Origin: Chiloscyllium plagiosum
Lineage: Eukaryota
NCBI RefSeq assembly: GCF_004010195.1
Contig: NC_057718.1
Coordinates: forward strand, 3,412,894-3,449,598
Reading direction: 5' to 3'
DNA length: 36,705 nt
Every line of letters starts with the position of its first letter. Within the stretch, counting starts at the first letter, position 1. Under the pieces are notes generated by a model, which saw nothing but the letters and a program-made list of their open reading frames with translations, was not told the origin of the DNA and ran no database searches. Made by a program: the position numbers and the translations under genes. Shown piece by piece: positions 11,623 to 23,000 of this stretch.

Positions 11623-13231
11623 TCTTAGAATAATCTAACACAGTAACCATTTTCACATGGATTTATTGGAGAGGAGAATTTGTTAAATTCGTTTGGTAAA
11701 GAGAAAGCAGAGAGCTCGATATAAACATAGAACAATTCTCGGCTTTTACTCACAGATAGAATAAACTGTTTCTCCTCTTGGACCAGTTCCTCAATCTCAA
11801 ACACTTTCTCTCCTCTCTGTCTTTCTGCTTCTCCATCTCGTTTGTCCTCAGTGTTGGATTTAACATTCTCCTGTCTCTGTCTGGTTTTGTTTCATTCACT
11901 CTTGGGATGGGGCCATCACTGACTGGGCTGGTACTTGTTGTCCATCGTGAACAACCCTTGAGAAGAAATGTCTTCTCTGCGACAGGAAGCAGCTGAGGCC
12001 AAAACATTGAATGTCTTCAAGGAAGAGTTAGATATGGTTCTGAGGACTAAAGGGTTCAAAGGGTAAGGGGAGAACGTGGGAACAAGGGACTGAGTTGGAT
12101 GATCATCCATGATTATGTTGAAATGCAGTACTGAATGGCCTACTCCAGGTCCGATTTTGTATGTTTTGAGAAGGCGATGGTGAGCTGCCTTCCTGAGCTG
12201 TTGTGGTCCCCTTGGTGTTGGGACACTGGACTCAGTGACACTGAAGGAAAGATGGTGATGATACACTGTATATATCTGAGTAAAAGTCAATCTCATGAAA
12301 AAGTAACACCTACTTTTTGTCTAAAAATTTGGAATTTTCCATATATCTCATGTAAAACTCAACACTGGTTCTTCACTGTTAACAGATCAACATTGATGAG
12401 TCAGTGTGCCTGCCCATTCCACTGCACTCCACTCTGGCTTTCCAGTCTGCTGGCCGTACCATTCCATTCTGGGTCTTCCAGTCCACCAGCCGTCATGCTC
12501 TGATCCAGATTTTCAGAATTACTGTAATCTTTGTTTTTCTTTATTTATTTTGCCTTTAATTTTGCTTCTGCAACGACACAGTATGAATATTGACCGGCAT
12601 GAATTTCATCCCCTTAAATGTGGTATCCCTGTAATAGTCACCCCCATAAATGTAACCTTAAAAAGTAGTCAAAAAAATTCAACTATGACTTGAGTATATC
12701 TGGTATGTGTAGACCTACATGCACTTTACGGTATTGGGAACTGGGATACGGTACGACAGTACCATTCTACTGTGGCAGGCAGAATGGAGACAGTTATTTT
12801 GTACTGGCCCTTCAAATGAGCATCATACTCGACTGCCAATGTCCTGCTCTCTCCCCACAGCCCTGTACACTGTTAGGATACAGAATCAGATGGAGCAATA
12901 ATGAATCAGAGAGCGTGTGCTCAGGGACCATCGATTGCTTTTTGGTGAAAATGAACCTTTTTAAATGGCAGCTCAGTCTGTTCCAATCCATCAGCTGTGA
13001 GCATTGTGAAATTCTCCTCTTGATAGTTTATTCACAAAATGAATCACAGCAACAAATTGGAAAGCATTCAACTGATGGATATGCTTCAAATCATTCCCCC
13101 TCAAATTACAAACAGCAATATCCAGACTGGAAGCTTCAGTTCATCTTCTGCAAATCATCATTTAACCAGAAGGAGATGTTATAAAATGTTTCAATTCCAG
13201 TTACTTTATTTTTTTCTCTTCGAATGAACAC

Positions 13232-13579
13232 ACCCATTGGCTGATCCAGTCCTCATTCACGATCCAGTGGTCAGCAAGGTAGCAGAGAGTGAAATTGCTG
13301 AGTTCCAGTGTGCCATGTGCAATGCCAGTGTGATTGACACTGATGTCCACTGGCACTACCAGCGACCTGGCAGCAACAGGGAGTGGGTGGTAAGCCACTT
13401 TGTGAATGGCACCCTCACCAAGACCCAGGGTTTCCATGATCGTGTTCAGCTTTCCAGGAATGTCAGCAGGAACAGTTACATTCTGAGCCTTGTCAATGTG
13501 ACTCTCAATGATACTACTGTGTACAGCTGCGGTGTGTGGAGCTAAATCTATGGAGCAGGGAGCCAGCTCAATGTAACTG
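13232..13579 (+). pseudogene. VJ exon 4 (membrane-proximal, divergent), with nonsense codon and lost acceptor
   Basis: PLADPVLIHDP..AEFQCAM..DTDVHWHYQRPG..REWVV..YILSLVNVTLNDTTVYSCGVWS*IYGAGSQLNVT then gtaagt. TAA at 13543-13545. AC rather than AG at the expected acceptor (13230-13231) after a polypyrimidine tract. Confidence 0.88.
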
Positions 13580-13689
13580 GTAAGTCAATGGGAGGGAACA
13601 TTGGTGTGAACAGAAAGGGAGCACCCGGCTGCTGTGCTTCATCAGTGGAAGAGCAGAACAGTCATCAAGGCCAGGTATTCCCAAGGCTG

Positions 13690-14011
13690 GATGGGGAGTC
13701 ACTTGGAGGGGAACTTGCAGGGGGTGGTGTTCCCATGTATCTGCTGCACTTGTCCTTCTAGATATAGAAGGTTGTGGATTTGGATTGTGCTATCCAAGGA
13801 TCTTTGGTGAATTTCTGCAGTGTATCTTGTAGGTAGTGCACGGTAGGGAGGCAGTGGTGGAGGGAGTGGATGGTTGTCGATGTGTTGCCAGTCAAGTGGG
13901 CTGCTTTGTCTTGGATGGTGTTAAGCTTCTTGAGTGTTGTTGGAGCTGCACCCATCCAGGCAAGTGGGGAATATTCCAGCACACTCCTGACTTGTGCCTT
14001 GTAGATAGTGG
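13690..14011 (-). mobile_element. LINE (CR1/L2 group) ORF2 3' fragment
   Basis: LEYSPLAWMGAAPTTLKKLNTIQDKAA; resumes at 16021 after the Penelope insertion. Confidence 0.75.
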
Positions 14012-16020
14012 GAGAAAGTGAAGACTGCAGTTGCTAGAGATCAGAGTCGAAAGTATCGTGCTGGAAAAGTACAGCAGGTCAGGAAATATCCGAGAAGCAG
14101 GAGAATCGATCTTTCAGACAAGAGCCCTTCATCAGGATTGAGCTTTGTGAGCCAAGGGAGTGGAGAGATTAAAGGGAGGGGGTTGGGACTGGAAGCAAGG
14201 TAGCTGAGAGTGCGATAGGTGAATGGAGATGGGGGTAATGTTCAGAGAGGAGGGTGGAGCGGATAGATGGGAAGGAAGATGGACAGGTTGGACAGGTCAT
14301 GAGAGCAGTACGGAGTTAGAAGGTTGTAACTGGGATAAAGTTGGGGGAGGGGAAATGAGGAGGAAATGAGTCCCTACACACCTCTATGCTCCATGAAGAA
14401 GACCTCCAAGCCCTCTATTTCTTCCTCTCCTGGCATCTACACTAGTACCCTTGCACTGACACTCATTTGTTTGGTTGAACTGGTCCTTTCCCTCAATAAT
14501 TTCTCCTGAATCCTTCCACTTCCTCCAGACAAAATGGGTAGCCTGGGCACCCACATGGGCCTCGGCTATGCCTGTCTCCTTGTAGGGTATGTGGAACAGT
14601 CCATCTTCCATAGCTACACCAGCACATTCCCCAACTTTTCCTCCACTATACTGATGACTGTATCAGCGCCACCTTGTGCTCCCATTAGTATGAGTGAACA
14701 GTTCATCATTAGCATATTCCAGCCCGAACTTAAGTTCACCTGGACCATCTTAACCACCTCCCTCCTCTTCCTGGACCTCTCCAAATCCATTTCCGGTGAT
14801 CGACTCAACACAAGCATCTTTTACAAAACCCACTGACTCCCACAGCTATCTGGACTATACCTCTGCCCACCCTGCCTCCTGTAAAAACGCTATCTCTTAT
14901 TCCCAATTCCTCTGCCTCATCTGCTCGCAGGAGGACCAGTTTCACCACAGAACATACCAGATGGCCTCCTTCTTAAAAGACCCCAATTTCCCATCCCACA
15001 TGGTCGATGATGTCCTCCAGTGTATCTCATCTATTTCCCGCACCTTCACCCTCGAACCCCACCACTCCAACTGCAACAAGGACAGACCCCCCAGTTCTAA
15101 CCTTTCACCCCACCAACCTCTGTGTACACCGCATCATCCTCAGCCATTTCCACCACCTACAAATGGACCCCACCACCAGAAGTATATTTCCCTCCACTCT
15201 CCAATCCGCTTTCCGTAAAGACCATTCCTTCTGTGACTCTCTTGTCAGGTCCATGCTCCCCCACGAACCCACTTTCCCCTCCTGTCACCTTCTCCTGACA
15301 CGACAGGAATTGCAAAACCTGCACCCACACCATCCTCCCCATATCCATCCAAAGCCCCAAAGGAGCCTTCCATATCCATCAGAGTTTTACCTTCACTTCC
15401 ACACATGTCTTTTACTGTATCTGTTGTTCCCAATGTGGTGTCCTCTACATTGGGGAGACAGGATGCTTACTTGAAGAGTACTTCAGACAATATCTCCAGG
15501 ACACCCACACCAACCAACCCCACCACCCTGTGGTCGAACACTTCAATTCTTCCTCCCATGCCACCAAAGACATCAGTTCCTGGGCCGCCTCTATCACCAC
15601 TCCCTCACCACCCAAAGCCTGGAGGAAGAATGCCTCATCTTCCACCTCACTCCATATCACTCCAACTACATGGGATCGATGTCAGTTTCACTAGTTTCCT
15701 CATTTCCCTTCTCCCCACCTCAAGCCAGTTACCACCTTCCAACTTGGAACTGCCCTCATGACCTGTCCTACCTATCCATCTTCTTTCCCACCTATCTGCT
15801 CCACTCTCCTCTCTGAACTATCATCATTAGCTCCACCTTCATCTACCTACTGTACTCTCAGCTACCTTCCCCCCAGACCCACCCTCCTCCCATTTATCTA
15901 TCCACTCAGGTTACTGCCAGCCTCATTCCTGATGAAGGACTCTTGCATGAAACGTCAATTCTCCTTGTCCTCAGATGCTGCCTGACCTGTTGTGCTTTTC
16001 CAGCACCACACTCTTGACCA
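14012..16020 (+). mobile_element. Penelope-like retroelement (decayed RT plus GIY-YIG) with inverted 5' pLTR
   Basis: GTHMGLGYACLLVGYVE and YTDD RT motifs, KPTDSHSYLDYTSAHP, CICCSQCGVLYIGET; 14012-14370 is an inverted copy of the 3' end; flanked by the duplicated TTGTAGATA (13999, 16021). Confidence 0.88.
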
Positions 16021-16192
16021 TTGTAGATAATAGGCAGGTTTTGGGGAGTCAGAAGGGGAGTTACTATCCTGAGGAGTTCAAAATTAAAGTTGTTGACAAT
16101 TTTGAACATTGTTCAGACTGAAGCAACTGATAACAGAAGTAAAATTTTGATATTTTACAAAAGATCTTCCCATGGTATTCCCCAGACTTCAG

Positions 16193-16310
16193 ATCCCATT
16201 TTAATCATTGGCACCATTCTGGGCTTCGCTGTCTTGATCTGCATTGTCCTGCTCACATTTTTCCTTCATAAACAAAGGCTGTGTTCATCAGTAAAGGACT
16301 CCACACAAGG
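16193..16310 (+). CDS. Transmembrane exon of the VJ-domain receptor
   Basis: ttcag acceptor gives phase 1, matching the V exon donors; xPILIIGTILGFAVLICIVLLTFFL-HKQRLCSSVKDSTQG; 23 uncharged residues followed by a basic stop-transfer; gtaaat donor, phase 2. Confidence 0.8.
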
Positions 16311-17290
16311 GTAAATCCCATTTCATCTTGGGTTTGATTCTGTCACTGCACTGTTATTATTTTCGACATTGGGGGTGATTGTTTTCAGTGAGTGCTGATA
16401 TTCCCATTGGAGCGTTCTGATCCATTGTAAATGGTGGGTCAGTGACTGTTGAGACCATCCCACACATCCAGATGCTCAATCACTGCTAGCTTCTTCCATC
16501 TCTGGTATCACACATCCTCCACTGCCAGGCCACTGGTACCTTCGGGTGAGAGTCAGGAAGCTTTGAATGGATCAATCATGGATCCTGCTATGCTATGATC
16601 ACAAAGTGCCTTGATATGTTTTTTAGGGTTTAACTGATTTCATACAACATCAAACATAGCCATAAAGAGGTAAATCTTGAACACACTCTCTCTGACTAAA
16701 AGAAGTAAAGTTGAAACCTTTGAGTTTTTAAATGGCCAGTTAACGTGGCACATTATTTGAGTGATATTTATCAATTGTCAGCAATTTTATACCTAGTCCT
16801 TCTTAATAGTTTGAGCTCTTAACAGGGTCAACAATCTTCTTCCAAACATCACTTTTTCCATAGCCTCCAGAATGCACACAGTAACATAGCCCTAAATGAG
16901 AACTGAGGGGTGTCCTGATTTCCAATGCACTCCTGCCAGCAGTCTATTCTCAATGTCATTTCACCGATGGAAAATTAGCGGGCAATTTAATTCTCATACT
17001 TACTGCCCTGTTCCTAGAAAGATTTGAATTTGCTTTAATTAAATTTATGCCACTATTCTCTTAAATTATAACATTTGTTGGATACCACAATTAGTTTCCT
17101 GTCGAAAATGAGCCTGTATTTCCCATGCAACACACAGTCTGTTACTGCCTTTCAAAAACCTGTCACAGTGAATAAGCAATCTGCCTCTCAGAAAGATGCA
17201 TTTTAAGTGAATGAGAGCACATTCTACGTGAGAAGGAAAATGAAGTACATTGCCTGGTGGTCTCTCAGTTGAGTTACCTTAGTCCTGTGT

Positions 17291-18055
17291 CATAGAACAT
17301 AGAACATAGAACAGTACAGCACAGAACAGGCCCTTCAGCCCACAATGTTGTGCCAACCATTGATCCTCATGTATGCACCCTCAAATTTCATTGACCATAT
17401 GCATGTCCAGCAGTCTCTTAAGTGTCCCCAATGACCTTGCTTCCACAACTGCTGCTGGCAACGCATTCCATGCTCTCACAACTCTCTGTGTAAAGAACCC
17501 GCCTCTGACATTCCCTCTATACTTTCCTCCAACCAGCTTAAAACTATGACCCCTTGTGTTAGCCATTTCTGCCCTGGGAAATAGTTTTTTTTTTTTTTTA
17601 GATTTTTTTAGATTAGATTAGATTACTTACAGTGCAGAAACAGGCCCTTCGGCCCAACAAGTCCACACCGACCCGCCACCCACCCATACCCCTACACTTA
17701 CCCCTTACCTAACACTACGGGCTCCTCATAAGATAAGCCCTCCAGTCCAGGCAGCATCCTGGTAAACATCCTCTGAACACTCTCCAAAGCATCCACATCT
17801 TTCCCATAATAGGGCGATCAGAACTGGACACAGTATTCCAAGTGCGTCTAACCAAAATTTTTATAGAGCTGCAACAAGATCTCACGACTCTTAAACTCAA
17901 TCCCCCTGTTAATGAAAGCCAAAACACCTTGTGCTTTCTTAACAACCCTGTCCATTTGGGTGGCCATTTTAAGGGATCTATGTACCTGCACACCAAGATC
18001 CCTCTGTTCCTCCACACTGCCAAGAATCCTATCCTTAATCGTGTACTCAGCTTTC
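17291..18055 (-). mobile_element. CR1 LINE 3' fragment with an HE1 SINE tail (17597-17722) inside
   Basis: (atagaac)n tail, NTRGHSFKL..FFTQRVVRAWNALP and EQRDLGVQVH; absent at the paralogous site near 36620. Confidence 0.88.
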
Positions 18056-18139
18056 ATTTTATTTTATTTTATTTTGTCCATCTCCCTGCATGCAATCAGA
18101 AGAAGCAAGGATAGTTAGGTGTAGTCCAGAGAGACCCAT

Positions 18140-18685
18140 ATATACCCACACCAACCACCCAGCCAACCCACACAATGCACACACTCATCCCTGCACAAGA
18201 AATACACACACTAATTTACAAAAACACGCACACATGCAAACAATACATGCAACAAAATACACTCATCCACATGCACAATACACACAATCTCACAAATAAA
18301 ATACACAAACATTAATGTATATATACACACACACACATATCTTCACTCACATATATGCACGCATATACTCATCTACTCACACACACAGCATACACACTTG
18401 TGTACATACAAACTTTCTCACACACACACATACACAACTTTTGCACAGCCCAGCACACACTCACATGTACGCTTACTTTCTTTCATATGTATTCACACAG
18501 AAAGACAGACAGATGCATACAGATGCTCAAAACACACAAATGTGTTCATATAAATATACATACATATATACTCTGAGAAACACACACACAAACTCTCAGA
18601 TACACAAATACACACACATACAGACTGTCCAATATCTACACACACATAAATACACAAATCGTGTGCACACAATCTCGCACACATT
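18140..18685 (+). repeat. Degenerate CA-rich low-complexity tract
   Basis: Long imperfect (CA)n; the His/Thr-rich ORFs here are artefacts. Confidence 0.85.
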
Positions 18686-18686
18686 C

Positions 18687-19032
18687 AGAATTCCTGCAGT
18701 GTGGAAGCAGGCCATTTGTCCCATTGAGTCCACACTGACCCTCTGAAAAGCATTCCACTCAGATGCATCCCCTACCTATTCCTGTAATCCATGTCTCATC
18801 CACATAGCCTGAACATGGGAAATACAGGATTATGCCAGGACACCATGGGCAATTTAGTTTACCAACTTGACCTGCGTGTCTTTGGACTGTGGGAGGAAAC
18901 TGAAGCACCCAAAGGAAACCGATGCAGATATGGGGAGAATGTACAAACTGCACACAGTTTACTGAGAGTGGAATTGAACCTAGGTCCCTGACAGTGTGAC
19001 ACAGCAGTGCTAACCACTGAGCCACTGTGCCA
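18687..19032 (-). mobile_element. HE1-type V-SINE (older)
   Basis: Reverse complement of tRNA head and V core. Confidence 0.85.
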
Positions 19033-19321
19033 TTACACACACACACACATACACACCCTCTTTTGCTTCATTGAGAATCATTGGTGACAACTCATCTGGT
19101 CCTGGTATCTTCTCAACTTGGAGAAATGATAACTTGTCCAATAACTTCTCATCAATTCTGAACAACTTATTATCTGCTTTGTCACCGTGTCTTCAGCTAC
19201 AATTGTGTTGTGAAACTGCTGGAAATTTTCAACTGGAGGAAGCTGTATGCTGAATTGTCACATCAGTTTGAGATGATCTTCACAGCAAGTTATTTCTCTG
19301 GGTAATTATTTCACTATGCAG

Positions 19322-19391
19322 TACCATAACAGGAAGACAATTACAACCAGACCATATGTATGTCAATGGCGCCAGTAGTCCCCGCGGTTAA
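19322..19391 (+). CDS. Putative terminal cytoplasmic exon with YxN motif
   Basis: ttatttcactatgcag acceptor; phase 2 fits the TM exon donor (GG|T); reads TITGRQLQPDHMYVNGASSPRG*; AATAAA at 19735-19740. Confidence 0.6.
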
Positions 19392-20097
19392 TGAAATCCG
19401 TTTCCTGCTAGCCGAGGATTTTGTAATGCGCACACGCGACACGGACTTGTCTTGATGCTGCTGAATGCTGGAGTCAGGACAATTAGTTTACTTGGACCTA
19501 GTGCTACGTGTGGAGCCTCTGCTGTTTCTTTCCTGGACTGCAATATCAGTCCTCTTCATAATTTTGTACTTACCTCATTTTTATTCATTGTAGGTAATGC
19601 TTCTGCTCCCCTTCAAATTCTGTATGTGCGATTTTTTTACTCAGTAAGATCTGTGTCGAGGTGCTTGTACAGTAAAAGGCAGCCATGATAAAATCTTTTC
19701 ACTGTAAATGTGACAATGAAGTGTATTCTAAAGTAATAAAGTACTTACTTTGGCAGGTCATTCATAGCTCAAACCACTCTCTGTGCAAAAAAACATTTTC
19801 TCTCATATCCTTTTTAAATCTTTCTCGTCTCATCTGAAAAACAGTCCTTCTAGTTTTGAACACCCCGTTCAAGGGATGTGCTATTCTCCTTATCTATGAC
19901 CCTCATGATTTTAAAAACCTCTATACAGTCATACCTCAACTTCCAGTACACTAGTGGAAAAAATTCCAGCCTATTTTTATAACTCAAATCCTCTAATCTT
20001 GAAAAGATCCTGGAAATGGTTTCTGACCCCTCGCAAATTTAATAGTGTCCTTCCTATAGCAGGGTGACCAGAACCACACACTACTCCAGAAGAGGCT

Positions 20098-23000
20098 CAG
20101 TCTGAGGGTTGGTGCTATTTATTGTAGACAAAGTGGCAGTGTGGGGAGGGTAGGGGATGCAACAAGTAGACTGGGTAATCCAAGATGGAGGACGGAAAAA
20201 ATTTCTGGCTGTAAGAGCTGCTCCTTATTTTGAGGTATTTTAGGTGTGGGAGGTGACTTCCTCGAATTCCAGGAGCAGCAATTACTGTTTTATATACTGT
20301 TGCATTGTTTTGGAACTTTGGGAAAAAAAAGTCAAAACAACAGCAGTTTAAAAGGGAGAAGAGCAGACAAAGGAAGCACATGGTAAGGACAGTGCAGGAG
20401 AGAGAGAGAGAGAAAACTTGCACAGTTACTGCCTTTGCTGTTTGATTTTGTGTATCGCTGGACATTGGAGTGCATTTGGGAAAATTAACAAATAATGAAA
20501 TTCACAACTAATCTTGGAGGAACTGTTGGGCGAAGTTCACAGCACAGAATCAGATACAGTGTTATGTACTTCTTGTCAGATGTGGGAGTTTAAAGAGAGT
20601 TTAAGGGTTACTGTGGATTATATGTGCCATTAATGCTGTTGGATGCGAATCTTATCAGATCAAGTGGATCAGTTGGAGAAACAAATAGAAACAATGAGGA
20701 ATTTGCAACAGCAACAGTATGTGATGGATGGCAGTTATAGAAAGGGGGGAAAGTCTCAGATACACTCACATAGATGGGTTAACACCAGGAAGGGTAAGAA
20801 AGGTAGGCAACTAGAGCAGGAGTCTTTTGTGGATATACCCATTTCAAACAGGTATGCTGTTTTGGAAAATGTAGGGGGTGATGGATTCTCAGGGGAATGT
20901 AGCACAAACAGCCAAGTTTCTGGTATTGAGACTGGCTCTAATGCAACGAGGGATACATTGGCTTCCAAAAGATCGATTGTGTTAGGGGATTCTGTAGTCA
21001 GAGGTACAAACAGACGTTTCTGTGGCCAGCAGAGAAAAAGCAGAATGGTGTGTTGTTTCCCTAGTGCCAGGATCAAGGATGTCTCAGAGATGGTGCAGAA
21101 TGTTCTCACAGGAGGGAGGGGCCAACAAGAGGTCATTGTCCACATTGGAACCAATGACATTGGAAGGGAAAAGGTTGAGACTCTGAAGGGAGATTACAGA
21201 GAGTTAGGTAGAAATTTTAAAAGGAGGTTCTCAAGGATAGTAATATCTGGATTACTCCCAGTGCTATGAGCTAGTGAGGGCAGGAATAGGAGGATAGAGC
21301 AGATGAATGCATGGCTGGAGGGCTGGTGTATGGGAGAAGGATTCACATTTTTGGATCATTGGAATCTCTTTTGGGGTAGAAGTGACCTGTACAAGAAGGA
21401 CGGATTGCACCTAAATTGGAAGGGGACTAATATACTGGCAGGAAAATTTGCTAGAACTGCTTGGGAGGATTTAAACGAGTAAGGTGGGAGGGTGGGACCC
21501 AGGGAGATAGTGAGGAAAGAGATCGATCTGAGATGGGTACAGCTGAGAACAGAAGTGAGTCAAACAGTCAGGGCAGGCAGGGACAAGGTAGGACTAATAA
21601 ATTAAACGGCATTTACTTCAGTGCAAGGGGCCTAACAGGGAAAGCAGATGAACTCATGGCATGGTTAGGAACATGGGATTGGGATATCATAGCAATTACA
21701 GAAACATGGCTCAGGGATGGGCAGAACTGGCAGCTGAATGTTCTAGGATACAAATGCTACAGGAAGGATAGAAAGGGAGGCAAAAGAGGAGGGGGAGTGG
21801 CATTTTTGATAAGGGATAGCATTACAGCTGTGTTAAGGGAGGATATTCCCGGAAATACATCGAGGGAAGTTATTTGGGTGGAACTGAGAAATAAGAAAGG
21901 GATGATCACCTTATTGGGATTGTATTATAGACCCCCCAATAGTCAGAGGGAAATTGAGAAACAAACTTGTAAGGAGATCTCAGCTATCTGTAAGAATAAT
22001 ATGGTGGTTATGGTAGGGGATTTTAACTTTCCAAACATCAATTGGGACTGCTTAAGTGTGTACAAGACAATTTTCTGATTCAGTATGTGGATGTACCTAC
22101 TAGAGAAGGTGCAAAACTTGACCTACTCTTGGGAAATAAGGCAGGGCAGGTGACTGAGGTGTCAGTGGGGGACCACTTTGGGGCCAGCGACCATAATTCT
22201 ATTCGTTTTAAAATAGTGATGAAAAAGGATAGACCAGATCTAAAAGTTGAAGTTCTAAGTTGGAGCAAGGCCAATTTTGACGGTATTAGGTAAGAACTTT
22301 CAAAAGCTGATTGGAGGCAGATGTTCGCAGGTAAGGGGACGGCTGGAAAATTGGAAGCTTTCAGAAATGAGATAACAAGCATCCAGAGAAAGTATATTCC
22401 TGTCAGGGTGAAAGGGAAGGCTGGTAGGTATAGGGAATGCTGGATGCCTAAAGAAATTGAGGGTTTGGTTAAGAAAAAGAAGGAAGCATATGTCAGGTAT
22501 AAAATCTGTTGCTGGAAAAGCGCAGCAGGACAGGCAGCATCAAAGGAGCAGGAGAATCGACGTTTCGGGCATAAGCCCTTTTTCAGGAATTTTCAGCTCT
22601 GATCTCCAGCATCGGTAGTCCTCACTTTCTCCTATGTCAGGTATAGATAGGATAGATCGAGTGAATCGTTAGAGTATAAAGAAAGTAGGAGTATACTTAA
22701 GAGGGAAATCAGGAGGGCAAAACGGGGACATGAGATAGCTTTGGCAAATAGAATTAAGGAAATCCAAAGTGTTTTTACAAATATATTAAGGACAAAAGGG
22801 TAACTAGGGACAGAATAGGACCCCTCAAAGATCAGCAAGGTGGCTTTTGTTTGGAGCCACAGAAAATGGGGGAGATACTAAATGAATATTTTGCATCAGT
22901 ATTTACTGTGGAAAAGGATATGGAAGATATAGACTGTCGGGAAATAGATGGTGACATCTTGCAAAATGTCCAGATTACAGAGGAGGAAGTGCTGGATGTT

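Noticed and set aside
11750-12007. Hydrophobic and charged overlapping ORFs as a second TM exon
   Set aside because: CT-rich sequence; the - strand resembles the charged coiled coil of a retroelement gag, and there are no convincing splice sites
12950-12995. 46-nt ATG...T|gtgagc segment (MNLFKWQLSLFQSIS) as a leader for exon 4
   Set aside because: Right size and phase, but it lacks a hydrophobic core and has no similarity to the 29603-29648 leader
2549-13579. Interpretation as a rearranging Ig/TCR locus or an IgL cluster
   Set aside because: No RSS, no separate J segments and no C1 exon; the V exons lead to a TM exon
18090-18746. His/Thr-rich and Cys/Val-rich ORFs (also 27492-27922 and 35162-35931)
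   Set aside because: Translations of CA/TG low-complexity DNA
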